NCBI RefSeq assembly: GCF_031769215.1
Contig: NW_026781979.1
Coordinates: 372,001-436,000, forward strand
Length of the DNA stretch: 64,000 bases
Direction: 5' to 3'
From: Ylistrum balloti
Lineage: Eukaryota
The position numbers were made by a program, and so were the translations under genes. Under the pieces are notes generated by a model. It searched no databases. It was given only the letters and a program-made list of their open reading frames with translations, and was not told where the DNA came from. This document shows positions 12,620 through 25,010 of the stretch, in pieces. Within the stretch, counting starts at the first letter, position 1. Each line of letters begins with the position of its first letter.

Positions 12620-13412
12620 TCAAACTCTACTGACATGTAGTTGTTAGGATTAAGGTAACATCAAAGTCTACCAACATGTAGTTGTTAGGATTAAGGTAAC
12701 ATCAAAGTCTACTAACATGTAGTTTTTAGGATTTAGGTAACACCAAAGTCTACTGACATGTAGTTGTTAGGATTAAGGTAACATCAAAGTCTTCTAACAT
12801 GAAGTTGTTAGGATTAAGGTAACATCAAAGTCTACCAACATGTAGTTGTTAGGATTAAGGTAACATCAAAGTCTACTAACATTAAGTTGTTAGGATTCAG
12901 GTAACATCAAAGTCTACCAACATGTAGTTGTTAGGATTCAGGTAACATCAAAGTCTACTAACATTAAGTTGTTAGGATTCAGGTAACATCAAAGTCTACT
13001 AACATGTAGTTTTTAGGATTAAGGTAACACCAAAGTCTACTAACATGTAGTTGTAAGGATTCAGGTAACAGCAAAGTTTACCAACATGTAGTTGTTAGGA
13101 TTCAGGTAACATCAAAGTCTACTAACATTAAGTTGTTAGGATTCAGGTAACATCAAAGTCTACTAACATGTAGTTTTTAGGATTAAGGTAACACCAAAGT
13201 CTACTAACATGTAGTTGTTAGGATTAAGGTAACACCAAAGTCTACTGACATGTAGTTGTTAGGATTCAGGTAACATCAAAGTCTACTAACATTAAGTTGT
13301 TAGGATTCAGGTAACATCAAAGTCTACTAACATGTAGTTTTTAGGATTAAGGTAACACCAAAGTCTACTAACATGTAGTTGTAAGGATTCAGGTAACAGC
13401 AAAGTCTACCAA
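12620..13412. repeat. 41-bp tandem array, 19 copies plus a partial one
   Basis: Unit tcaaagtctactaacatgtagttgttaggattaaggtaaca, exact 41-bp period with no indels. Confidence 0.97.
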
Positions 13413-13639
13413 AGGCCAATCATTAGTATTTACCATCTGCAATTTGGATGTTTGTACAAAAAATACACAAGTGAGGGCCTCTCAATACAAATTTAGAATC
13501 AGATACAGCAGAGTCAGATAATGAAGCAACCGATTTAGGTTAGGGCAAAGTCTATCTAAATGTCGAGATTCAGGTGATATCTAAGTCTATTTAATAGCAT
13601 GGAGTCAGGTGGCAACAATGTTTATCTCTAGAGTATTCG

Positions 13640-13795
13640 AGTTGTTCATCTTTGTAACAAAACAATATGTCATAATCCAAACGCCCATTCAATAGAACTA
13701 GGAAAAACTCGAAAAAAGAAGCCAAAGACCAGGTGTTCCGGAAGAGTAAACATATTCTGCTTCATCGACAACACCTGACGTGTATATCTTGGTCA
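13640..13795 (-). mobile_element. Dispersed repeat family B, copy
   Basis: 13725-13766 matches 39722-39763 in reverse complement at 38 of 42 nt. Confidence 0.65.
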
Positions 13796-16700
13796 ATACA
13801 AGTAGATAATGCCATGTTCCCTAGAAAATAACATTTTCATGAATGTGTTTTATCAATGTAATTCACATCTGGACACAGCTAAGTAAGAAATCATATACTT
13901 TAACACAGAGCGCAGTAAGTACAGAATGTTTCGATTTGTCTGTCAGGGAATCGAACATTCATAGTCCTCATTATCAACAGGGAATCGTTGAGAAAGTCAG
14001 CATGAGAAGCATTAGTAAGGTATATGAACAGAAGAACAGCAATAGGATATATAAAAGTGTCAGATCTGAGTAACATTTACAGGATATTAAACAAATATAT
14101 GAGTTTTAATTGGTTGATTATACATCAATCGCGTTTCTTGTTTCTAAAGCAAATTAAAGTAAAACGTCATCACTATCAAGAGTTTCAACAATTTATGGGT
14201 ATTGTGAACGGTGTGGAAGCACTCCATTGTAAAAATGATAGACGTTAAACGGAATTTTAAAACGAAAAAAAGTATCATTTTTTTAATATCATAATTATTA
14301 CGTTTCATTTATGGATGAGAATAACGTTATTATTACATCCAATTAAGTCCACATATAAACATTACCAGAAAACAAACAAATTTAAAACACATCAAGGAAA
14401 AATAAATCATAATAATTCTTCTTTCCGTCTCTAATAAAAAAGTAAACTTATATTTTAATTGTAGATTTTGCGTTTGATTTCAAATACTGCAGGTGCTAGG
14501 AAACATATAATGCTATTACATGGATTTCATAGACTTTTAGCGTACTGATATGTCTAGCATACAACCGAATAAAGAAAGTGGCACAATCGATATCTTTATG
14601 GTTTAGCATTGTATCTAGCTTTAGAAGCGGATAGCTCATTAAGATACCACAATGCTCATAATTCTTATGGAACTTGAAACAAAAATATCAAACGCTTTGT
14701 AATTACCTCCATTCCCATACAATTCAGAATCGTCCATATTGTACCAGGACGAACTCGCTCTAAACAGTTTATAGATTTACACATCAACGTGTTATAAGTG
14801 ATTATTGTAACTGGTTCTCATTATCCCTGGCGGTTGTGAATGACTATATATTGCTATATAAACAATATCGTGAGATATGTCCACAAGTGGGTTTTGAACT
14901 CTCTGTCTTTGCGGGAGGTAAAAATGTGATGTTAAGTGGACCTTTTGTATCTTAGTCTGAACTTTTGTTTTTATCGATATATCTAAAATTTTCAAATACT
15001 AACATACTGATTGGCTGAGGCTTAGATCCCGGTAACGCTCACTTTCTGTTCATGTTGACAACCAATTATTTCGTTGATTAAATCTTGACAATACCTTGTG
15101 TATAATCGGACCTATTTGTCGTCTGTTTTCTAATAGACTATTATTCTGAGCCACTAATGTACAAATAAACTATGTGATAGTAAACTCAGTGGCAGAGTGT
15201 TGACACTCCTAGCACAGATGACGGGCTGATAACAAGCGAGTACATGTAATGAGGGATTTGCTATCTCTATAACCAATCTTAACGCCAATTAGGTATAACA
15301 CTTAAATATGAAATCATTCGTTATTTGTTAGACTATTTTGTACAGAATTACTCATGCGAGGGTACGTCTTCTGTTCGGGTTTAAACGTTATTGCACTTAG
15401 TCGTAAATAAATCTGTTTATACGAGTTGATTTAACGGACTGCACAACAAGGCTATCAATAACACTTATGTGAAAAAAAAAATAAAAAACAAAAACACACT
15501 CACAAATGGTTTATTATGAACTTCAGTGAAAACCAGTATTTTAGAAAGGTTAGTTATGAAAAAATATAATAAAAAACTGTATGCAGATAAAAGTATTCAT
15601 GTAAATTTTAAGACGTTTATAGATAGAGATTAATTAAGAATAGGTATTCATGTTAATACTGATAAATATGCGAGTAAATATCAGCTTTAAGCGGTATCGA
15701 TTTTCAGTATATATGTCATGAGCATAAGGACTTTTGAATTAAGAAGCAGGACATACGGCATTTTGGATTGGTGTGACACAAAGAAACTTAGTCATACTTT
15801 TAACTTTAAGGAAAATATATCGTCATAGCGCTTGCAACATTTATTATTATCAAAAAGAATCTTTAATGAAATAAGATGATGAAACGTCAAAACATAGTGC
15901 GATTTCTGTAAAGATAATAATATTTGCAAAACTCTATTTTCCTTTCTGTTTCAAGAACGCAGTTGGTTATACAACAGTATGACATAAGGTATTGGCGTCA
16001 CATTTACAAAACAGGACGGTTTGATGGTAAAATTAAGACCCACAGGACATTTGAACATCTGTGGCCTTCGTTTAATTGATAAAACGAAATTTGACGTCAA
16101 AGAATGTTGAAATTGCCATCGTCAGACGTTTAGGTCCTGTTTGTTTGATACCAATACATCTAAATATCACACTCATTAGAAGTTGCATCCTTCTTGATTA
16201 TGTTTCAAGCACGCAATATCTTAAATGAAATGCACAAAACCTTAAAAGATTTTTTATCTTTATTTAAAGGCCATTAAATTTCAGTCAAAAATATACGGAT
16301 ATGATTTAAAGGTAGCTATTAAAACCATTAAGCTATTTTCCCTCATTTTATGGTAATTCGGATATAAAAGATACAAAGAATGCAGTAGCAGCTGGCATTC
16401 TACACACACGCACAATTAAAGTAATATATAGTCCCCTCAGGTTCTCAAATAAACTATACATAATACATTTGAATTTGTGCGTTTATTAATTGTATGATAG
16501 AAGTTGAGAGTAAAGGGTCAGAACCTGCATGGTGGTATGTTATAATAAATCGCCGTAGAGGATATCAAGCTTTCAATGATATTAGAAGTTTTATCTCAAA
16601 CAAGATTTATTTCATAAATAGTGTATAAAGGTAATTGATTTTCTGAAGCACACCGTGAATCTACGTCTAGTGACTGCCATAAATAGACAGTACTTATACT

Positions 16701-19700
16701 ACTCTCTCCTGTTGAAGTACGTGTATAAGAAACCGTTTACACTCTGTATTTTTATTCAGGCACTGGTATTTTCATCTTAAATATGCCAAAAGACGCTCAT
16801 ATATTGAGCGAAATTACCGCGAGTTCGTTTCATATGCCCTCAATTGATTCTGTCACTAAAAAATTACGTATCGATTCATTATCATTGTCATTTATATATA
16901 AACATTCAAATGTATTTCAATATTTGAGTTTAATTCAAGCGTATTGAATCATCAGCTATACCATGACACGTTGTTAGCCTCATGGTATCTTTAACAAACG
17001 CCAGCAGCACCTTACTGCCATGTCTGAACCGAAGCCGGTACAACATTAGAATTTTTCTGAAAACATTCATTTGAAATATTTTTAGTGTGAAATAAAATGA
17101 TAAGAATATTCCTTTCAACACGACTGTTCATAAATACTCACACTAACCATACTTTAATAGGTAAATGAATTTCTACAGGAGTGGAGTTTTATCTCAAAAA
17201 AGCGGTGAACATAAACAATTTTATAATAGAAAGATAACATTCTACCATCTCCAGCAAAACCTGTTTGAGACATGCTCGCAAGCACAGTACAGATAGTTTA
17301 AAGTTTTTAATTTACACATGTAAAGTATTTATCTGACTTATGTGGAATATCAACCTTTATCAAAACACATTCGAAAGGTAGCATTTGATTGATTGGTTAT
17401 TCTATTAAATTTTGATTTTTAAAACTAATTAATTTATCTAAATCCAATGAAAAGATGGCAACTTGTGAACAAAAGGAATATTTTCAAGGAGAGAGTAGAC
17501 TCATGGAGAATTTCAAGGCGAATAAGAACAGGGGTTTCGAAAGGGTCAGCGTCGTCAGCTTCATCGGCGATATCTGCCATGTGAATATTGGTCCAGTCAA
17601 TGACGTGGTAATGTCGTGTTTTCAAAACAAGAACAAGGTAAAACAGAAACAAAAACAAAACAATGAACCTCCAGGCACACTAACAAGCATCACACAAAGA
17701 AACAGAATAATTCTTAATGAGGTCTTTATCACAATCGTAAATGTTTTATCGTAATCTATCAAAGAGTGTAAAAGACAATTGGATTTTTTTCACGTTTATC
17801 AGTTTAGATATTTGAGTATATGATTTAGAAAGTCGATATACAATCCTCGACAACGTTCCGTATTCCTTTCGTAAAAACTGCATGTCTCCCTCGAAAAAGA
17901 TGAATAAATGATAGTTCATAATATTGAACTAGAAACAATATATAATGTTAAGTGTTAAAGATGTGCTGCAGGTAGGTAGACAAAATTGGTTTCAGTTCCT
18001 AGTTAAGTATCGTGATTTTTTAAAATATATACCTCACTTGATTATGCCTCATGTCTGGCCTTGATAGTGAGAGCCCACCCGAGTACTGTGCTGTGTTGCT
18101 AACAGTGACAATTCAATGTCTATAGAATTCGTACTTTCTTTTCTCTGCTTGACGTTACGCATAAGTATAAGCGATGTGGACTTAAGAATAATGTGACTAG
18201 ATGGATTCCACGTTACTGTGTTCAGGTTACTACTTTTTCAGTGTGATGACACTATAAAGATGTCTGTCAATAGTCGCAACAGAAGTGGACATCATTTAAA
18301 TTACATTTGTTGTTGAGACGAGATTGCACCGCGTACCGCTTTGTATTTGGATCTCCTAGCTTCAGCAAGTAATCTCTTAAATTCCTGGCGTGTATGAGCA
18401 AAACCCAGGTTCCATAAACATTCCTACAGATACTTTCTTTCTCGAGTACAGACTTGTTTATAGCACAGTAGTTATTCACAGTTCTCACTTTATTCTAATT
18501 AATATCTTTACAAACTCCCAGAAGATCGAAGAATATCTATTTTTCGGTGTGTATGTTCCATAAATTCAGATATACTTATAAAATTCTATATCATTTCTCC
18601 CAGTAAGAGATTTAAGTACATGCAAAACTTTATAAATTGTTTCGAACTCGGGTAACATATGATCCTCTAAGGATTCAACGCCACAATTTGCTTTCATTCT
18701 GGCGACATTGCAGTCTAATTCGACATAAATGTCGTTATTTTCAGAAGCTGAATTAGAGGAATGTACCTAATAATATGTTATAAAGTTGAATTTTTTTCAA
18801 TTGCGGGGTAAATAAGATATAAACCGTCAATAGCTTAAGCAGTTAAACCCGTCACGATGAGAAGTTACGAGGAACAGAGGAGACCCAAAAATAATTGGGT
18901 GGATATCGCCATCCCATTAAATAAGGGAAGTTGGAATCTGTTGCACTGAAATGACAGTACACATGAGAGCCGTTGTGATCTATTCGATATTGAAGACTGT
19001 TTTACCATGGTTTTAATGCCATTAATGTGTTATTATAATATACAATGTCTTTTTGTACGTTTAATTGACTTTGACAATTAACATTACAACTATATAAGGG
19101 TTTGAATGATGTAACGACAAGACGCGGTACTAGGTGTCGTCTTCATATTGGATTGACATCCATGTTTTCCCGTTGTATTTCGTCTCTGGTTTTAATTAGC
19201 TTACTTTTTTGTGTAATCATTTTCGTTAGTTTTCTTGTCTCGTTTTCATTATTGTATTTACATAGATACGTATTTACTATATCCTTTTCTGATATTGTGT
19301 GTAGACGACGGGATGTTTTTTAAAAGTAATTTATTCCTTGCTTTATTGCATATTGACATTGAGGGCGGTTGCCGCTGATAATAGATCAATGACCGGCGCT
19401 TTCATAGTGTAATATCTCTGAAATGTCAAATCCGGTTTGACTGACAACTGGCTAACCAGTCAGGTACCGTTCAACGATTTAGATTGTTCAAAGTTTGGTA
19501 CGGAACTCATATCCTAAATTCAGCTTAAATGCTTAGACTGATGTCGTTTGAAGAAAGACAAAAGTATGTCTTGGAAAAAGAGAGAGAAAATGAAATGTGA
19601 GAGTCTAATCGAAGTAGGCACAATTCTTGTCGCCCACCTCTTATGTTGTGTTGAATGCCTATGTTTGTAGGAGGCTGCTGTATGTTCGTATTAGCCGCTC

Positions 19701-19789
19701 CTGATATTGCGGAACTGAAGCCGACTTCAACATGCTTATACAGCAGGACACCACATTCGGTCATATATAGATCTAGTACGGCTTAAGGA

Positions 19790-20003
19790 TGGATGGCCCT
19801 GTAAAGCAGACCGGTAGAAAGGTAATGGTGGACTTCTCTAAAGCAGACCTATGAAAATTGACGGACCTCTACAGCAGACCTATAAAAATGACGAACCTCT
19901 AAATCAGTCCTATGAACATTGACGGATATCTTCAGCATAACCGTAAAAATGGATGGACATTTACAGCAGACCTATGAAAACTGACGGACCTCTAAAACAG
20001 ACT
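19790..20003. repeat. Degenerate ~31-bp tandem array, about 7 copies
   Basis: Unit about gacggacctctacagcagacctatgaaaatt; anchors at 19807, 19844, 19875, 19905, 19936, 19967 and 19998. Confidence 0.8.
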
Positions 20004-20989
20004 TGATTTTCTATAGTAAATATCTACTCAGTGGACCTCTTTAGCTAAAAAATAGCATTAATTTCTACATAAAACGTGAATCAGCATTCACAAACTGAAA
20101 CCCATTTGCAGCCTCAAACTGAAGCACATGTTTATAGCAGAAATACCATTGCTTTTGCTTGTTTTTTTTTTTTTTTGTTTTGTTATTTTTTTTTTGCAAG
20201 AAAATTGATCAATTCCGGCAACATATCATCATATCTCACGAAGGACTCCATGTATGTGTAGGGTCGTTTCCTTCGCATGACCACAGTGTGTCACAACGAG
20301 TTTGTCGTACAAACATAAGTTACAACGACAACGTGTTTATTCAACACCACCGTGTGGATCATCATTTAGAGCCTGGAAAACAAACAAACACATAGGAACA
20401 CCCATGGGAGGGAGAATTTCGTGACAGAGCTGTTTGGAATGATGTGTTCTGGATGTCCTACAGATAAGCGCATGCTATATATTAATTATCTGCACAAAGA
20501 CCGCACCGCTTCGCATGGCATGACGACGCCCTGAATAGGAACACATAGGAAAAACCTTCATGTGATGAGAGCAGTGTCTGGACTGTTAACAGTATACGCT
20601 GTAATTGATAGTTACCTATTCAGGCGATGATAAAGATATTCTAGTAATTGATATATGCATTGCAATGCTATTGCTTTATTAGAGTTTTGAATTATTCTGA
20701 ATTTCACCTTTACATGTATCCTATTTTTTGGGATCATAGCAATTGCTAATAAGTGGAATACGTCATTACAATACCTTAAATTACTAGTGACAATACCCGA
20801 GGAAGTTCAAACATAACGAGTATAGGCAAAGTGGATATAGGCAAGCAGACACAACTACTACAGACAAGCCTTGGAACTCGACGCATAGAATCATAGTACG
20901 CGCAGACAAACCCTGATACACAAATACAGGTAAACTCTGAAACGGTATCCAAGGTTATTCTTTATATATTTACACAGTCGTGAACTTTC

Positions 20990-21175
20990 GAAATATAACA
21001 GAAATACCATCATATCAACAAAATCTTAATTCAACTTCGATGAAACTAGGACAAAATATGGACAAAAGAAAGACTTACGAGGAGACTCCTGAAAATATAC
21101 TAGGATACAGATGTTCCGTAAGAGTAAGCGTCTTTTGCTTCATTAACGTCACCTGCCATGCAAATCTTGGTCAGT
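20990..21175 (-). mobile_element. Dispersed repeat family B, copy
   Basis: Reverse complement contains ...gcttactcttacggaacatctg...ttttcaggagtctcctcgtaagtctttcttttgtccatattttgtcctag..., collinear with 39705-39870. Confidence 0.7.
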
Positions 21176-21499
21176 CATCCACAGTAGTCTACACTGCAGG
21201 TGACTATTGTTAATATCGTCTTTCTTCTTCATGCAGTTATCTTCCACAATACTTACCTTATTGAGCGTTCGTCCTTTGGCCGAGATATACCGTAGTCTAT
21301 AAAACAAGGCAGTGACCACTCCCTGCTTAACTTTCCAAAAACAAACGGACTCAAAGCAAGCACTCATCTCGCATACATGGGGAGACTTAGCTTTAGGATG
21401 GACGTTAAATATAGAAGCAAACTATTCAAATTTGCAAAATATCGAAGTTGTTAACCAAGAGGCCTATATAAAAGTGTTTCTCCCCTTTTTTTGACATAT

Positions 21500-22130
21500 A
21501 TCGACTAATTCTGATTTTTATTACATTCTTAGCATTGAAATATAGGAATATCTCAAACTGATAAAAGTGATATTTTTTGATAGTGAAAAATATCACTTTT
21601 TTGATATTTTTCACTAGTGAAAAATATCGCTTTGAGGATTGACCAATCAGAGAGCCCAATACAAATCTACTTGGATGGCGCCATACTTTTTCATGTTCGA
21701 AAAATTAATCAAACATTGTTTTTATTTTTCAGTTAACGTTTAAACATTTTATTGTGTATAAGTGACATCAATAAATTACAAAATCCATGTCCAAACACAA
21801 ATAAACATTCATTATGATTTATTTATGAGTCTATAGTTTTACTGATTTTTCATAAAATAGACTATTTTTTGCGGCACACAACATTGTTGTATAATGATTG
21901 AGCAGTGTCTGGAAAAAACATGGTCAACTTACCCATTTTATAGTTATCGTAAGTTTGCCATTGTTTTGGTTTATTTTTGCGATGAAAATGTAATAAACAG
22001 AATATTTAATAGTGTCTTCAGTAATAACAAATATATTTCACTCGTGTGGCTAATATTTTTGGAAAGATACCAAAATATTAGCCACACAAGTGAAATATAT
22101 TTGTTATTACTGAAGACTATTAAATACCCT
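21500..22130. mobile_element. Palindrome-rich element (MITE/foldback-like) ending in a long hairpin
   Basis: Perfect 26-bp palindrome gatatttttcactagtgaaaaatatc (21603-21628) with an imperfect twin just upstream. Imperfect inverted pair near 21508-21527 and 21987-22003. Hairpin 22003-22126 with about 49-bp arms and a 7-nt loop. Confidence 0.5.
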
Positions 22131-22936
22131 GTATCTCTCACTCGCCTCATATTTTTTTTCATAGCTTTAAGCATCTTGTCTCACTGTCGCATGCAAGGAC
22201 AACAGTTGCATGAATGTCTTTAATTCATTATTTTGCAATACTGTTTCTTATTTAATGTTTGTATAAAGAGGTGCTTTTTTGCTTGAGTAAACCTCCCACA
22301 TTAACTTTGGTAAGCAGGAATAGTAGGCTTCCTTGACCACATGTAAATTCCACACATCAAAGAAAACAATACACTACTTTAAAAATTCAATATATTTGTA
22401 CCTTTGTCAGCAAAAAGTTTATCTTTTCTATGCATATTGGTTGAGAATGTGATTCGTCCCTTATTATCTAAGATCCGATGATATTCCATTTTTCCACCAA
22501 TTGGCAAAGAATGTTTGCTCGATATCTTACTACACTGTACTCAAATTGAACATTATTATGTAGATATAAATGACCGTATGATATACTGACATTAGACGTA
22601 TACGGTGTGTTATCGAAGGATGCCATTCCCCTGCCTGTCTTTGAGTAAAAAAGTAAGTATTATGATGTGAGGTAGACCTTTTTACTTGTGTTGTTACAAT
22701 TATCAAATTTCTCTGCTGTTCATTTGCTGGTAATGACGACATTTTGTGTTGAATTTATCGTAAGACAATTTTGCAGCACCTTGTAGGTTTTAACGAGCAA
22801 TGGCAGTTTCCGTTGCCACAGTGAATTTAATCTATGATAATAATTGGTTTGCCTCGTCTGCTGGAAAACACAGTATATCATTTGCCTTTCTTTTGCCTAA
22901 TCATTTTCACAACCTTATTTCAACATCCAGTAAGCA

Positions 22937-22956
22937 GTCTGTCTGTCTGTCTGTCT
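22937..22956. repeat. (GTCT)5 microsatellite
   Basis: Read directly from the sequence. Confidence 0.9.
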
Positions 22957-23039
22957 GTCAGACTTTATGTATTGTTTTTTGTGCAATTAAGAAGCAATGA
23001 ATCAATTAGTTTTTGAAATTGGTTTTTATCTGCATCAAA

Positions 23040-25010
23040 ATTGTTTTCCTACACGCCAGTTGTTTTCCTTCACGCCATCAGCTGTTTTCCTACTCTCCAG
23101 TTATTTTCCTAGTTTCCAGTTGTTTTTCAATTCGCCAGCTGTTTTCCTACTCGCCAGCTGTTTTCCTACTTTCCAGTTGTTTTCCTACTCCTACTCGCCA
23201 GCTGTTTTCGTACTCTCTAGTTATTTTCCTACTCGCCAGGCGTTTTCTTACTCGCCAGCCTTTTCCCTACTCTCCAGGTGTTTTCCTACTCCTACTATCC
23301 AGTTGTTTTCCTACACGCCAGTTGTTTTCCTAGTTTCCAGTTGTTTTTCAATTCGCCAGCTGTTTTCCTACTCGCCAGCTGTTTTCCTACTTTCCAGTTG
23401 TTTTCCTACTCCTACTCGCCAGTTGTTTTCGTACTCTCTAGTTATTTTCCTACTTGCCAGGCGTTTTCTTACTCGCCAGCCTTTTCCCTACTCTCCAGGT
23501 GTTTTCCTACTCCTACTATCCAGTTGTTTTCCTACTCGCCAGCCTTTTTCCTACTCTCAATCCAGTTGTTTTCCTACTCGCCAGCCTTTTTCCTACACTC
23601 CATCCAGTTGTTTTCCTACTCCTACTCGCCAGCCTTTTACCTACTCTCCATCCAGCTGTTTTCCTACTCGCCAGCTGTTTTCCTGCTCTCCAGTTGTTTT
23701 CCTACTCCTACTCGCCAGCTGTTTTCCTACTCTCCAGTTGTTTTCCTACTCCTTCTCGCCAGCTGTTTTCCTACTCGCCAGCCTTTTTCCTACTCTCTAG
23801 TTGATTTCCTATTCGCCAGCTGTTTTCCTTCTCGCCAGCTGTTTTCCTACTCCTTCTCGCCAGCTGTTTTCCTACTCGCCAGCTGTTTTCCTACTCGCCA
23901 GTTGTTTTCCTACTTGCCAGCCTTTTTCCTACTCGCCAGCTGTTTTCCTACTCTCCAGCTGTTTTACTACTCGCCAGCCTTTTTCCTACTCGCCAACTGG
24001 TTTCCTGCTCCTACTCGCCAGCTGTTTTCCTACACTTTCTTTCTAGTTGTTTTCCTATTCGCCAGCTGTTTTCCTACTCTCCAGTTGTTTTACTACTCGC
24101 CAGCCTTTTTCCTGCTTGCCAGCTGGTTTCCTGCTCCTACTCGCCAGCTGTTTTCCTACACTTTCTTTCCAGTTGTTTTCCTATTCGCCAGCTGTTTTCC
24201 TACTCTCCAGATGTTTTACTACTCGCCAGCCTTTTTCCTACTTTCCAGTTGGTTTCCTACTCTCCAGCTGTTTTCCTACTCTCCAGTTGTTTTACTACTC
24301 GCCAGCCTTTTTACTACTTGCCAGCTGTTTTCCTGCTCCTACTCGCCAGCTGTTTTCCTACACTTTCTTTCCAATTGTTTTCCTATTCGCCAGCTGTTTT
24401 CCTACTCTCCAGCTGTTTTCCTACTCTCCAGCTATTTTCCTATTCTTCAGCTGTTTTCTTACTCTCCAGCTGTTTTCCTACTCTCCAGTTGTTTTCCTAC
24501 TCTCCAGCTATTTTCCTATTCTTCAGCTGTTTTCTTACTCTCCAGCTGTTTTCCTACTCTCCAGTTGTTTTCCTACTCTCCAGCTATTTTCCTATTCTTC
24601 AGTTGTTTTCCTACTCTCCAGCTGTTTTCCTACTCTCCACTTGTTTTCCTACTCTCCAGTTGTTTTCCTACTCTCCAGCTATTTTCCTGCTCTCCAGTTG
24701 TTTTCCTACTCTCCAGTTGTTTTCCTACTCTACAGCTGTTTTCCTACTCTCCAGTTGTTTTCCTACTCTCCAGCTGTTTTCCTGCTCTCCAGTTGTTTTC
24801 CTACTCTCCAGCTATTTTCCTACTCCTACTCTCCAGCTGTTTTCCTACTCTCCAGCTGTTTTCCTGCTCTCCAGTTGTTTTCCTACTCCTACTCTCCAGC
24901 TGTTTTCCTACTCTCCAGCTGTGTTCCTACTCTCCAGCTATTTTCCTACTCCTACTCTCCAGCTGTTTTCCTATTCGCCAGTTGTTTTTCTACTCTTCAG
25001 TTGTTTACCC
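23040..25010. repeat. ~2-kb pyrimidine-rich minisatellite, 19-bp base unit (ccagctgttttcctactc[t/g]) with +6-nt (cctact) variants
   Basis: About 100 units, including a 221-bp block duplication (anchors 23111/23332). Explains the long overlapping plus-strand ORFs. Confidence 0.97.
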
